DNA of 64,000 nt from an uncultured Bdellovibrionales bacterium (GCA_964509425.1 CAZDWZ010000011.1:35429-99428); one strand, 5' to 3'. Shown: positions 9,945 to 20,441, counted from the stretch's first letter. The notes: generated from the letters alone by a model not told the origin. Made by a program: numbers and translations.

Positions 9945-11198
9945 GTGAACATTCTTCGTTTCTTCTGGACCCTCTTCAAGAAACCCTCCGAAGGAAGGAG
10001 TGATAATCCTCCCGCGCAAATTGTCCCCGCCGAGCTGAAGATCCCGGAAATCAAGCCTGAGCCGGTTCCTCCCTTTCTCCTCGCTGATGCCAGGGATTAC
10101 GTACGTTCGGTAGCGGCATTAGTCAGGATGCTTGAAGCCGATGTGCTCTCAGGACAAAAATCCCTCCGGGCTACCGCAGAGAGGCAAACGGATCTCCTTC
10201 GCCAAGATGTCTGCTTTGGATATCTTCGACTCTACGAAGAAGAATTTCCGGCGAATCAAAATCCAAACTCATTAAAAATTCGGCAAGCCAATCTGCCTGT
10301 CCTCGTAGACGCCTTCGAGCTTCCGACTCGAGATTCACGCACGGTGTTCGAGGCTTTGCCGAACGGCCGTGAGCTTCTGCTCGTTCGCACCGAAGGCAAT
10401 GAAGAGGTCTCTGTCCGATACGACCAGGCGTACAGTGCGTGGCGGTGGGGGATCGATTTTCATTTCGATGATCCTGTTGCTGAAACTCGCTTCTATCGTC
10501 ACCTCGTCGACCTACACACGCGGCGACTTGCGGTCACGATTCGAGAGCTCGATCAGGTCGCCCGACGACTGCGCGATGCTTCGGGAACGGCAAACGTGCT
10601 TGCTGAATCCACGGGTCGAGATTTCGAGCACTTGATGGTCGATATCCTGAATGAGAACCATTACGTCGCGAGATGGGCTCCGCTTACCGAAGATGTATTT
10701 GAGAAAACCGATCTCCGGGTTCGCTATCCGGATATCGGACGAACCCGAGGGTCGCGAGTACAGGTCACCGCCACGTCGCGGGAGACAGACCATACGATCA
10801 AGGAAGCGGGCATTCTGCTTCGGAGTGAACTGGTTTTGCTGTCTCCGATCTCTCTGGCCGTGTTCTTTTTCGAACCGGACTTTGAAGAGCTGGCATTCGA
10901 TCGCTCCAAAATTTGGGTCGCACTGTGCCGGACTTGTGATTCCCCTGGCGAGCTTGCGCTGATCTTCCGAAACTTTTTCCTGAACGCACTCACCCGAAGG
11001 ACGAGCCATCCTTTGGGGCCCTTGTTCGCGGTGCCGGAACCGATTCGGGAGTTGGTGCGGATTTACTGTCACGAATCTGCCGTCCGAGCCGTCACCTCTC
11101 TTCGAGCCCGAGAGAAAAAAGGCATCTCGAAGAAACAGCAGATGAGACTGGAACGTCAGGAACTCGGAAGGGCCGACGGAAAGCCGGAGAAAAGATAA
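9945..11198 (+). CDS. hypothetical protein (417 aa, no recognised domain)
   Basis: Long ORF with ordinary codon usage. Basic C-terminal tail. Unknown function. Confidence 0.5.
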   Translation: MNILRFFWTLFKKPSEGRSDNPPAQIVPAELKIPEIKPEPVPPFLLADARDYVRSVAALVRMLEADVLSGQKSLRATAERQTDLLRQDVCFGYLRLYEEEFPANQNPNSLKIRQANLPVLVDAFELPTRDSRTVFEALPNGRELLLVRTEGNEEVSVRYDQAYSAWRWGIDFHFDDPVAETRFYRHLVDLHTRRLAVTIRELDQVARRLRDASGTANVLAESTGRDFEHLMVDILNENHYVARWAPLTEDVFEKTDLRVRYPDIGRTRGSRVQVTATSRETDHTIKEAGILLRSELVLLSPISLAVFFFEPDFEELAFDRSKIWVALCRTCDSPGELALIFRNFFLNALTRRTSHPLGPLFAVPEPIRELVRIYCHESAVRAVTSLRAREKKGISKKQQMRLERQELGRADGKPEKR

Positions 11199-11231
11199 CC
11201 GGTAGCTGAATCCTCGGTCGGGCCTTTCATT

Positions 11232-12275
11232 TTAATCCTGCTTGGAGCCAACCTTCCGAGACTCGCCGTCCTGCAGAATCTTCAACACCACCGGGAACTG
11301 GCCCTCCCGATTAAGGAATGTGATCGGACCGTCCAGTGTTTGAACCTGTCTGGTTTTCGCGAGGCCCTCGGCCGAAGAGTCTTCATCCGAGAGGGACATC
11401 GCGTACATCATTGCCACATAACAAGCGTAACTAAGCGGCGAGAGCGGCTTCTTGCCGAGCAGCTTGCTGAAGGCGTCCACAAACTTGGGCTGTTCGTAGT
11501 CGAGCTCCGCAAAAATCAGTCCGTCTCCAGCCCGATCGAGCCCGGCGAGCACATCGCTCGACCCCGCAAGGAAGTTCGAATAGAGCTTCACCGGAAAATT
11601 TAGATCACGGAGCTTACGGACCAAGATCGATATCTGGCTCGGCCCGCCGTTGATGAATACGGCATTGGGAGATTTGGCTCTTAACCTCGCAACCAGCGTT
11701 CCGAAATCCGTATCTTTGGGGGAAATGGTCTCGTTGAAAACGACCACGGTCTTTTTTAGATCCTTCATGAAGGCGTCGCGAAGGCCGAGGAAATACTCAT
11801 CCTCTATGGAGACGATAGCAAGTTTCGACTCTTTCTCGTCCGCCGCCTTAGCCAGCACGCGGGCCTCAGCTTCCGCCGAGGGGAAAACTCTCACCGCATA
11901 GTCATTTTCACCGACGAACCGGGGATGTCCGACGATGCCGATGAGTGGGATCTTTTCTCTCGCAGAGAGCGAGTTCAGCGCGAGACCAACGGGACTTCTT
12001 GTCGTAACCACGGAGGAAGCATGCTCGGCGTCCACCATTCGACGGAATTCGGAGATGCCCGCCTTTGGATCGTTCTGATTATCTCCAAAAATGACTTTCG
12101 AACTCGATTTGGAACCCTGGACCGCGACTTCATAGCCTCCCCGACAATCCTCGCCGAGTCGCGCAAAGTTCCCGGTGAGGTCGGCCAAAGCGCCGATCGT
12201 GCCTGCGTCTGCGGCGGCATCGCTTTGCAGAAGTCCCCAGAACAGAGCGAGGAAGAGAAAAATTCGTGTTGTCAT
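11232..12275 (-). CDS. periplasmic substrate-binding protein, type-1 PBP (Leu/Ile/Val-binding-like)
   Basis: Signal peptide, then a LADLTGNFARLGEDCRGGYEVAV-type N-terminal motif and overall layout of LivK-like ABC binding proteins. No permease or ATPase genes are adjacent. Confidence 0.65.
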   Translation of the reverse strand: MTTRIFLFLALFWGLLQSDAAADAGTIGALADLTGNFARLGEDCRGGYEVAVQGSKSSSKVIFGDNQNDPKAGISEFRRMVDAEHASSVVTTRSPVGLALNSLSAREKIPLIGIVGHPRFVGENDYAVRVFPSAEAEARVLAKAADEKESKLAIVSIEDEYFLGLRDAFMKDLKKTVVVFNETISPKDTDFGTLVARLRAKSPNAVFINGGPSQISILVRKLRDLNFPVKLYSNFLAGSSDVLAGLDRAGDGLIFAELDYEQPKFVDAFSKLLGKKPLSPLSYACYVAMMYAMSLSDEDSSAEGLAKTRQVQTLDGPITFLNREGQFPVVLKILQDGESRKVGSKQD

Positions 12276-12443
12276 GCTCCACCCAAGTTGCTGAAACGCG
12301 TGTTATCCGGGAGGGCAGTATGTGGAGCTTGGAGTGGTTATACAAGAAAACCGGCGCCCAATGTCATCGAAACGTGGAAGCCCCCATGTTTGCAGGCCAT
12401 TTTGCTCATTGAGTGTCGTCGGAAAAACCGACATAATGACCAG

Positions 12444-13187
12444 ATGTCAATTGAAACCGCGCTCAGAGGCTTTGGTCTAACCCAGCGGCAATCGCGAATT
12501 TACCTCGCGCTGCTGAAACAAGGGAAGTTGAGCGTCTCAGACATCGCCAAACAGACCGGTATCCCGCGCGTGTCGGTTTATCCGTGCCTTGATGAATTGA
12601 GCCGCATCGGCGTCATAAGCAACATTACGAAGAACAGGCGGCAGCTTTTTGAAGCACAAGCACCCGAGATTTTGCTCCAACTCCTTCGGCAACGATCCAC
12701 TGTATTCGAGAGCATGCTGCCGCTCTTTGCACCAATCCTCAATCGAAAAACCGAGCATTTCTCGGTGCAGGTTTACCAAGGTGCAGAACAAAGCAAACAA
12801 GCGGTCCGGGATTTTTACGAATATTTGGAGGGCTCTCGTATCAAGCTCGTGCGCGCGCTTGCGCATCTTGATTTGATCAAGACTTACCCGAAGTACGTGC
12901 CGCAGATGATCGAGCGGCGCCAACAAATGGGTGTCGCGACGCAGTTACTCGTTGCCGCCGAGCAACGGAAAGCAATGCCTCCCAGCTATCGCGGTTCGAA
13001 ACGTGAAGTCAGGTTTCTCCCGCCGCAGTTCCGCATCAACTGCACCTTTCAAGTAGCAGGAGAACAGTCGATGTTCACGGTGACGGAGCACAAAGATCCC
13101 GTGGTGCTCCGTGTTCATTCAAAGCCGATAAGCAGCACCGTGGCTGCTTTTTTCAGCTTTGTTTGGGATGCGTCGGACAGAGGTTGA
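12444..13187 (+). CDS. TrmB-family transcriptional regulator (winged HTH)
   Basis: MSIETALRGFGLTQRQSRIYLALLKQGKLSVSDIAKQTGIPRVSVYPCLDEL is a typical TrmB N-terminal HTH. Start chosen at the internal ATG because the upstream part of the 420-aa ORF is antisense to the binding-protein gene. Confidence 0.6.
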   Translation: MSIETALRGFGLTQRQSRIYLALLKQGKLSVSDIAKQTGIPRVSVYPCLDELSRIGVISNITKNRRQLFEAQAPEILLQLLRQRSTVFESMLPLFAPILNRKTEHFSVQVYQGAEQSKQAVRDFYEYLEGSRIKLVRALAHLDLIKTYPKYVPQMIERRQQMGVATQLLVAAEQRKAMPPSYRGSKREVRFLPPQFRINCTFQVAGEQSMFTVTEHKDPVVLRVHSKPISSTVAAFFSFVWDASDRG

Positions 13188-13505
13188 AAAGGTGGATCTC
13201 CCACGGAGCAAGGGAGGCGCATTTCGCGAGGAGTTCTCAACAATTCCGAGAGAATGTTTCAAGGATTCGATTTGGCCCGATGAAGTTTCGAACTTCTCCG
13301 CAAATTTAATAAACTTTGAAGACACGAAGAATAGAAATTCGTTTGCTAACAAAGTTATAACAGGACGTGAATTCTCTCTATCGCAGTTGATCCACCTGCG
13401 TAATTCCTCGATAAGCTCTTCGCACGCCAGTTTCTTTCTAACCTCCTTCCGTCAGTAGAGGATCTCGTTGAGCGCTCGCGAAGGTCGTGAGCATCATCGG
13501 ATCGG

Positions 13506-14168
13506 TTGGCTCCGGAGGTTGCGGCTATGCCGCCGTATTTCACGAATCTGCTCCTGTGGCTGGCGTTCCTGCGTACGCTGCTGCTCGAGGGCGTCAACAA
13601 GGGCGACGCGGGTGGCGTCGTCCAGCTCATGTCCGAACACTCGCTCGACCGAGAACCGGTGGACTTGGCCGGCCCGCAGTTCGACGTCACCGGCATCGAG
13701 GCCGAGGGTCTCCACGCCTTCGTCATGGAGGAACGCTTCTTCGGCGGGGCGCTCGCGGTCTCGAGGTGCATCTCGAAGGGTGTCAGCGGGCCCTTCGATC
13801 CCGAACCCGGCGTGGATCTCACAGCGCTCATCGACGAGGCGCTCAAGGCGCGCTTCGGCGAAAGGGCGACCGTGACGAGCGCACGAAGCTATGTCGTTCA
13901 TCTGCTGTCGACCCACAGTCTGCTGAGGGCGCAGAAGCTGTTCGATCACAAGTCGGTGCGCTTCGCGTTCACCCTGAACGAGCTGCAGTTGACGATGCTC
14001 GGTCGAGGGACTATCGAGTTCAAGTCGCTCATGTCGTACTTCCACCAGCTCAGCGAATGGGCGCGCGAGAGGCTGAAGGCGGAGGAGGATGCCGAGCTGC
14101 GACAGTTCTCTGATCAAATCTCCGACCTGGCGAGCTTCCTCGCGGTCATGATGCTGATGCGCGGCTGA
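13506..14168 (+). CDS. hypothetical protein in a ~70% GC island
   Basis: Best-looking frame in a high-GC block. The alternative minus-strand frame is Arg/Glu/Leu-rich, typical of an antisense artefact. Confidence 0.4.
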   Translation: MAPEVAAMPPYFTNLLLWLAFLRTLLLEGVNKGDAGGVVQLMSEHSLDREPVDLAGPQFDVTGIEAEGLHAFVMEERFFGGALAVSRCISKGVSGPFDPEPGVDLTALIDEALKARFGERATVTSARSYVVHLLSTHSLLRAQKLFDHKSVRFAFTLNELQLTMLGRGTIEFKSLMSYFHQLSEWARERLKAEEDAELRQFSDQISDLASFLAVMMLMRG

Positions 14169-14476
14169 GCGAGATTGCAGTGAATGGAATGCGATAAGAA
14201 GAGGCGGGCGAATGCTGGGAGTAATCCGGTGTTCGCCCGAGAAGAAGGAAAATCTAGAAAACGAGATCCTCTACGGCGTTGCCAGTCGCCAAAAAGATCC
14301 TGCCGCACCTTCATCAACAAGAAGCTGAGCGTTTTCTGAAACATCGTTCGAGCAATCAGAGATTCTCGTAACCTTTCGAAGCAAGAAACGCTTTTCCACC
14401 CTGTAAGACCGCGAACGATCGAAGGTCACTACCCTCGATGGCATAAGTCGCAAATACAAATTGGAGAGGTTCCTGC

Positions 14477-15034
14477 ATGAAGAAATTAGTTGCTTCTGGT
14501 TTTCTTGTTCTTGCTCTTTGTTCCGCTGCACACGCAGAAACTGGTGGATTTCAAGCCGGTCCAGGTGCCGTAACACTTCAACCGACGAACGCATTCACTG
14601 GAGAAGGTGAGATCACTGCTGGTGCATCTGCCACGACCACGAACGCCCCGGCTGCTCCGCAATCCGGAACGGAGAGCATCGATCTCGGGGCTGCATCTGA
14701 TCGTCTTGAATCGCTTGGAATCGTCGGAGATTCCTCGCAGTTTATGACGGAGCTCTATGGAGACATCGGTGGGACGGAATACGTGACGGCGATGAATAGT
14801 CCGGCGAGCCCGGTTCGTTTTCGCACATTCCTCGCGTGCACCGCTGCGTGTAGCAGGGATTATCCGATCACGTGGTGGAGCGGGCCGCAGGCTTACAACA
14901 GCTGCGTCTCGATGTGCGCGACGTTCCTGCATTGGGGCTGCAATGGGCTCTGGGCTGCATGTTTCCGGATGCCGGATAAATACAGCAAAGAGAGTTGCTT
15001 GTCGGTCTACAACATCGTCTGCGCTGGAGAGTAG
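14477..15034 (+). CDS. secreted Cys-rich hypothetical protein
   Basis: MKKLVASGFLVLALCSAAHA signal peptide. Ala/Thr-rich linker. C-terminal domain with ~12 Cys. Confidence 0.55.
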   Translation: MKKLVASGFLVLALCSAAHAETGGFQAGPGAVTLQPTNAFTGEGEITAGASATTTNAPAAPQSGTESIDLGAASDRLESLGIVGDSSQFMTELYGDIGGTEYVTAMNSPASPVRFRTFLACTAACSRDYPITWWSGPQAYNSCVSMCATFLHWGCNGLWAACFRMPDKYSKESCLSVYNIVCAGE

Positions 15035-15057
15035 CGAAGAATGCTCGTCCGAATCTT

Positions 15058-15100
15058 GGGGGAAGCGCCGACTCAAGCGCTTCCCCCGCATTTCTATTCG
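15058..15100. terminator. bidirectional rho-independent terminator-like hairpin between convergent genes
   Basis: gggggaagcgc cgactcaa gcgcttccccc (11-bp stem) followed by a T-rich tract. Lies between the stops of the 14477 (+) and 15106 (-) genes. Confidence 0.55.
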
Positions 15101-15105
15101 GGTTG

Positions 15106-15699
15106 TTAACTGCACTTCATGACGACAACGCTGATTCGATACATCAACTCTTTGCAGTCGATGGCTCTCTTGGTGCTTAATTTATCAAGTCCTTTCCAGA
15201 GCTGGGTCATGTAGCCTGCGAAGATGATTGAGTGCGCATGATGAATGCAAAACTGCGAGAGCTCTTCGCTCGTGTTCTGCCTGGTATCAAAGTCATCAGA
15301 GTGAAAATCATTCAACTTATAGTCAATGATTCGGACCATTTCCGGGTCGAGCTGTTGGAATATACAGGCGGAGGAGTTTTCAAAAAACAGTCCGAGGTTC
15401 GGATCCCGTTTTGCACATAGCTCAAAAGCATCAGTCTGAACCTTGAATGCCGCGCCCGGGCATGAGTAGGTTTCAGCTCCCGCCGGATACGTTGTCGGCT
15501 CCTCAGGGAGCTGTCCTGAGTTGGGCAGCTGAGCCGGTGGTGGAGGAGGAACCGGTCTCACTGGACCCGGTCTTACGGGAACGGGGAGTGGAGGAGGGAG
15601 CACGATCGGAGGACATTCAGCGTTTCCCAAATTCACGCCAAAAACGCTGAGAACAAAAAAGGCAGCCATCAGAAATGAGAAGAGCGAGGCAGGCTTCAT
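15106..15699 (-). CDS. secreted Pro-rich hypothetical protein
   Basis: MKPASLFSFLMAAFFVLSVFGVNLGNA signal peptide, then a PPLPVPVRPGPVRPVPPPPP tract. Confidence 0.5.
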   Translation of the reverse strand: MKPASLFSFLMAAFFVLSVFGVNLGNAECPPIVLPPPLPVPVRPGPVRPVPPPPPAQLPNSGQLPEEPTTYPAGAETYSCPGAAFKVQTDAFELCAKRDPNLGLFFENSSACIFQQLDPEMVRIIDYKLNDFHSDDFDTRQNTSEELSQFCIHHAHSIIFAGYMTQLWKGLDKLSTKRAIDCKELMYRISVVVMKCS

Positions 15700-15918
15700 G
15701 TAAGACTCCGCAACAACCAACATGGAGAAAATATTTGCCCAGCGTAAGCCGAAACTGTGTGGGACGGAACGACGCGCGGGGCCTTTAAGAGTAATGACTC
15801 AGTCGCCGATTCCTGAAGATCTCAGGATTGTTATTTGACGATCAAATCGTGATCACAGCGAATGAGACGAACAAGATCCTGACGTCGGCCAGAGAAGAGG
15901 CGGAAGATTAACTCACGC

Positions 15919-16932
15919 ATGTTCTTCAAGCAAAAGCTGCCGTTAGCAGAATCCAACAATCTGTCTGTCAACATCTTCAAGCTCGTCGACTGCCTGGGAG
16001 CGGAGAATTTTTTCACCCGCGAGTCGGCGACAGACCGTCTGACGAGCATTTTGTCGCGCCGAGCACTCGCTCTCGCTCCTTTTGAAGACTTTGGAGATCA
16101 CCAAGAGGTGAAGGATTTCCTCACCCGCTCTGATTATCATTTGAGCAAAGCAAATCTGGATTTCGAGATCGTCCATCGATTGAAACGCATCTCTCAACGC
16201 GCCGACATCTCTATTGGTCTCACCACTTTTGTCATCCTCTCAGAAAATCCGATTACGATTGCCTCTCGAGTGAGAGAACTCGGCTCCAGGATCCTCACCG
16301 GCCCGTCACTGAGAGCACCGCTCTCCACTATGTGGCAGCGAAATACCAGAGCCATGCTGGCCGAGCTCAATAGGGAGGGCATGAGCCGACGAGATCGTTT
16401 TGATATCACCTGGATTGCCGATGGACTTCTGGAAAGATTCGGGTTCGCGAGGGTAGACGCAACTCTGAGGGAAATCAGGCATGGCGCGACGGCTCAAGTA
16501 TTTCAGCTGTCGCTTGCGAAGTCGCCGACCGACGTTCCTCGAATTTTCTTTCAAACACAAGCTTCACTTCGGTTCGAGGATGTCTTGGCGAGAAGTTCTC
16601 TTGTGACGTTATTTCTGCTCGATGACATTAGCCTCGCGGCCTTGAGTGGGGCTCCTTCAGATTACGATGTGTTTGTCGCCGATGGCGCATTGCTCCAATT
16701 CGAGGTGAACACGCCGAAGACTGCGAGTTTGGATTCCTATCGACTCTCGAACGCTGCTGATGCGCCAACGGTTTGGCTTTTTACAAGTTTTCAGCAACCC
16801 ATACCGCCGTATGTCCTCCAGCAGTTGCTCTTTCGGACGACTTTTCGTGGTCTGACTGGTGGACGGACCGCATTGCAGTCCGTATTCGATGCCTACGACG
16901 CCTTCGCTCGAGCTCAGTTGGCGGCCGAATGA
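15919..16932 (+). CDS. hypothetical protein (337 aa)
   Basis: No recognised motif. Convergent with the DMP19-like gene. Confidence 0.45.
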   Translation: MFFKQKLPLAESNNLSVNIFKLVDCLGAENFFTRESATDRLTSILSRRALALAPFEDFGDHQEVKDFLTRSDYHLSKANLDFEIVHRLKRISQRADISIGLTTFVILSENPITIASRVRELGSRILTGPSLRAPLSTMWQRNTRAMLAELNREGMSRRDRFDITWIADGLLERFGFARVDATLREIRHGATAQVFQLSLAKSPTDVPRIFFQTQASLRFEDVLARSSLVTLFLLDDISLAALSGAPSDYDVFVADGALLQFEVNTPKTASLDSYRLSNAADAPTVWLFTSFQQPIPPYVLQQLLFRTTFRGLTGGRTALQSVFDAYDAFARAQLAAE

Positions 16933-16967
16933 AAGACGACAATCGTGATTGCGTCCAGGATGCTGGG

Positions 16968-17396
16968 TCAACTTGCGAGATTCGACGCCTCGTATCGAGC
17001 GGCGAATTCGGCGAGCAGCTTCCAGATCTTTTCATCTCCGCAGACGTTGCTATCGAGCTTGGAAAAAGACTCGGATTTCTCAGCTAGTATACGGCGGCGG
17101 TCCTCCGCGAGATGCTGCGAGGCCGGAGGAAACAATGCCGTCGCCGTCTCTAAGGCGTCCGCCGCTTCATGTGCCTGAATTCGACGATAGGCTTCGATAT
17201 ATACCGAATAGGACGGAATCCCAGGAAAGTCCGACTCGAAGAAATACTGAAAACCTCCGTTATCAATCACGCCTTGCGCGGTATAGATGAGCACGATTGT
17301 GCGATAGGGATCGCTCAACGAGGTCGGATCCCCTCCAGCCTGGCCAAGGGCCGCGAAAGCAGCGTCCGACATTCTATCAAGCAGTTCGTCCGGCAT
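16968..17396 (-). CDS. DMP19/DUF4375-like protein (DNA-mimic family)
   Basis: GVIDNGGFQYFFESD matches the hallmark NGGFxQYF motif of DUF4375 / DMP19 C-terminal domain proteins. Confidence 0.55.
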   Translation of the reverse strand: MPDELLDRMSDAAFAALGQAGGDPTSLSDPYRTIVLIYTAQGVIDNGGFQYFFESDFPGIPSYSVYIEAYRRIQAHEAADALETATALFPPASQHLAEDRRRILAEKSESFSKLDSNVCGDEKIWKLLAEFAARYEASNLAS

Positions 17397-17518
17397 TTGT
17401 TGACCTGTTTACCATAGACGAGAAGGAGGATTCGACCCCGCAGGAACCGGGCACATCCTCGATAGTAAAGGGATTTAACACGACAGCCCGGCCCAGGCCA
17501 TCTTTTCACGAGGCAAAT

Positions 17519-18820
17519 CTAATAATACGTCGGGGTTGGAGACGGGACCCACGACACCACCGGCACCGGTGTGTTTGTGGGGGTCATTGTCGGTGTGCTC
17601 ATTAGGGACATGGTCGGGGTGCTCGTTGCCGATGCGGTCGGCGTCATCATCGGGGACGGGGTGGGCGTCGGTTTTTTGTTTGTGTTGCAGTATTGTTGGC
17701 AGGTCGTATGCATGCCCGTGCACGCATAGGCCGGCACGTTGCCGCAGGCTTTATCAAAAGTTTCCGGATTTGAGTACTTTGAGCAGCAGGTCATGCACTC
17801 TTCATTCGTCTTCACCGCGGGATCCAAGCTGCAGCCCGATACCGGCTGGGGAATGTCGTTCCCCTTCAGATTATCCCAGCAGCTGGTGGCGCAGCTTCCG
17901 TACCAAGTCGGATCGTAGGGGGTTTTCGAGACACAGCAGCCGAGGCACTCGGAGTAGCTCTCGGAAATTTCAGTGCAAACACTGCCGAGCGGGTCTTCCC
18001 CTTTCGAACATTCTTGATTGCATTTGGTTTTGTTCTCGTCGCATTGCCCCAGTGCCGCCGCCGGCGCATACTGAACACAGGATTTGTGGCCGTTCTCACA
18101 GCAGGTGTTGCAGGTGCCGTCGTTCATTCCGTGGTTCCCGAAGCACCACTCCGGCTCGGTCGACGGGACGTCCGATTTGTCGACAACAACGGAACAATTA
18201 CATCCCGGCTTTTTCAGGAGATCCTTTAGATCCTCTTTCGACTTCAAAAGATCTTCGAGTGAGTTGAAGCCGCTCTCGCCAATTTTAGCGTTTGTTCCGT
18301 CGGCGAAGTACCACTGTCCGTCAATTTCTACTCCATTTATCGAATGCGACATCTCGCAGCCAGCGGGTCCAGTGCAATGGGCGTTCAACGATTTGCACTT
18401 CAATCCCTCCATCGCGCACAGATCGCTAATGTTCTTTGAGATCACATTGCAGTTGTTGTGGAAATTCTCCCAAGGTTTGTTGGGACCGCAACATTCTTGA
18501 ATGATACCGTTTACCACGGAAATTTCGCAGACGTAGGTTTCGCTCTTTGGTGTCGGCGTTGCTTGTGGAGTCGCCTCCTCGCCGGGATAGGTAGGAGGAG
18601 TAAGGAACACCGGTATCGGAGTCTCCTGTGGAGTCTCCAAAGGCGTCGGCATCAGAAAATAGGTCTCGATCGGAGTCGCCGTTTCGGAAGGGTAGGGTGT
18701 GAGGATCATTTCGGGCGTTGGAAAAGGCGTTGGTTCCGGCGTCCATGCCGGAATTTGCGCGGATGCCAAATTAGTTCCAAGAAACATCAGAAAAATAAAA
18801 ACGATACAGCCCGTTCGCAT
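17519..18820 (-). CDS. secreted Cys-rich protein with Pro/Thr-rich linkers
   Basis: MRTGCIVFIFLMFLGTNLASA signal peptide with AAGG RBS. More than 40 Cys. PTPxPTP linkers at both ends. Confidence 0.55.
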   Translation of the reverse strand: MRTGCIVFIFLMFLGTNLASAQIPAWTPEPTPFPTPEMILTPYPSETATPIETYFLMPTPLETPQETPIPVFLTPPTYPGEEATPQATPTPKSETYVCEISVVNGIIQECCGPNKPWENFHNNCNVISKNISDLCAMEGLKCKSLNAHCTGPAGCEMSHSINGVEIDGQWYFADGTNAKIGESGFNSLEDLLKSKEDLKDLLKKPGCNCSVVVDKSDVPSTEPEWCFGNHGMNDGTCNTCCENGHKSCVQYAPAAALGQCDENKTKCNQECSKGEDPLGSVCTEISESYSECLGCCVSKTPYDPTWYGSCATSCWDNLKGNDIPQPVSGCSLDPAVKTNEECMTCCSKYSNPETFDKACGNVPAYACTGMHTTCQQYCNTNKKPTPTPSPMMTPTASATSTPTMSLMSTPTMTPTNTPVPVVSWVPSPTPTYY

Positions 18821-19042
18821 ACAACCTTTTTTCCGTATTACCCGAATCAAAATCTCCCCCGTTCGAAACGGGATGAGATCATGATTAATAATCGCCGGGG
18901 TGAGGTTCCAGAATCAAGATTGCAAGGCCATTGCAGCGCACATCGCGCGGAGGCAAAGTTGAAGCGAATTCGATGACTTCGGGTGGACGTCAGAGATCAT
19001 CGTACGCCTTGGTCCGATTCGGAGCAGTGTTTTATCATCAGC

Positions 19043-19609
19043 TCATTTCGGGCTTGAGAAAGGCCTCGAGCGGCGAGCATTCAGGAGCAGATTAAAAAGC
19101 GATCGGTCAAACGTAGGTTTCTCCTCCAAAGTCCAGTCGGCGAGAGCTTTGGGATTATCTGGAAATGAAAAGTCCTGAATCACATCTCCTCGTTTCACTT
19201 TTGGAACAAAGATGGTTCGATGCTCTCCCGCAGGAATTTTCAGTTCCCCGAGCCTCTTCGCCGAAGCATCTGGGAAGCGATAACTCTCAATCCGCACGAC
19301 GACCGGAAAGGGACTGTGGTTTTTTACGGTGATCTTTTCGACAACCTCATCGGTGTCGAGAATTGGCGCATTTAAGAACGGCGCCGGGGCGTAGAATGCA
19401 ACTTGAAAGGGCTCCATCTGTGAGCTCGGAAGTTGCTGAACAAACGTTTGGAGATACCCGAGCTCTTCCAAGGTCATGGCGGAGAGCGGAGAGGTTTGAG
19501 CAACGGAAGCTGCCGGCTCAGAGAACAGCGCAGATATTCCGAACAGACAGGCACTAAGGACGAGTCGCATTTCCGTAAGTTGCCGACGTTTCGATAAAAA
19601 CATTCTCAT
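19043..19609 (-). CDS. secreted hypothetical protein
   Basis: N-terminal signal peptide. The start is either Met1 or Met14. Confidence 0.45.
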   Translation of the reverse strand: MRMFLSKRRQLTEMRLVLSACLFGISALFSEPAASVAQTSPLSAMTLEELGYLQTFVQQLPSSQMEPFQVAFYAPAPFLNAPILDTDEVVEKITVKNHSPFPVVVRIESYRFPDASAKRLGELKIPAGEHRTIFVPKVKRGDVIQDFSFPDNPKALADWTLEEKPTFDRSLFNLLLNARRSRPFSSPK

Positions 19610-19896
19610 CCCTCGTGTCGTCGTCCGTTCCCAGGCCCAACAGCATTATGAGCGCGGCGCAAACTGAAAAATGACAAAGTTGAGACATTTGGGTGATTCT
19701 CGTTCCGCAGTCGCGTTTGTTTAATTGAGCACCACGCCGCAAACTTTCACGCAGCCTCGATAGTCATCGGCCGGCAGACAAACCACCGAGACCCCGGTCG
19801 CGCATATAATGAGAAGAAACGGCGGGAGGATGGGTGCCGCCGGAACGAGCGCTATGCCGACGGCCGGAAGGGCCAGGCCGGTCGTGATTCCAAGAA

Positions 19897-20286
19897 TTAA
19901 TTTCCAGGAACAGGTCTGCTGAGCTTCGAGGCGAGGGTGACAATTTTCGCGAGTGCATACCCGGTCGAAACGCCAAGGGCAGAAACACCAAAATAAACAT
20001 AGTCGACCGATGAAAGTTCCGGACCGATCATTCGAACGAGAGCAGCAGTGAACAGGAAGTTAATGAGAGATCTTTTCTCGAACCGGGGCGATCTCGCGGC
20101 GAGGACCATTCCCACGAGCGCACTGAAAATTAATGCCAACGGTATCGCCTGAATGACGAGAGCCTTCGCGTCACATCCGGCAAGCTCTGATGCTCCAGAG
20201 CAGACACCGGGAGTAATCCAAAGGAATCCCTGAGAGATTCCTCCGGCGATCGAGATCGCAAGAGGAAGAATGCGTCGCTGTTTCAT
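19897..20286 (-). CDS. hypothetical membrane protein
   Basis: Three predicted TM helices. Confidence 0.4.
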   Translation of the reverse strand: MKQRRILPLAISIAGGISQGFLWITPGVCSGASELAGCDAKALVIQAIPLALIFSALVGMVLAARSPRFEKRSLINFLFTAALVRMIGPELSSVDYVYFGVSALGVSTGYALAKIVTLASKLSRPVPGN

Positions 20287-20441
20287 TGCCCACCCAACGT
20301 GCTAGCGGCGTCGCCGTGTTCCGGATACGTCGATGCCTGTAAGGGTTATTCTGGAGATGATTTCCGGTGGTCCATTACGATTCGACCGAGATGAGAGCTG
20401 TTCGCAATGTAGAGGCGATTGGAGGGGGGTGCGACACGAGT

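Noticed and set aside
11925-12443. 5-prime 173 codons of the 420-aa plus-strand ORF
   Set aside because: This part is antisense to the well-supported substrate-binding-protein gene (11232-12275) and has no protein-like features. The real gene is the TrmB-like regulator starting at the internal ATG at 12444.
13494-14117. Minus-strand 207-aa ORF overlapping 13506-14168
   Set aside because: Arg/Glu/Leu-dominated composition typical of antisense reading of a GC-rich gene. The plus-strand frame has a more balanced, hydrophobic-core-like composition.
17536-18267. 243-aa plus-strand ORF overlapping the Cys-rich secreted protein gene
   Set aside because: Antisense, Ser/Arg/Cys-rich artefact. The minus-strand gene has a signal peptide and RBS.
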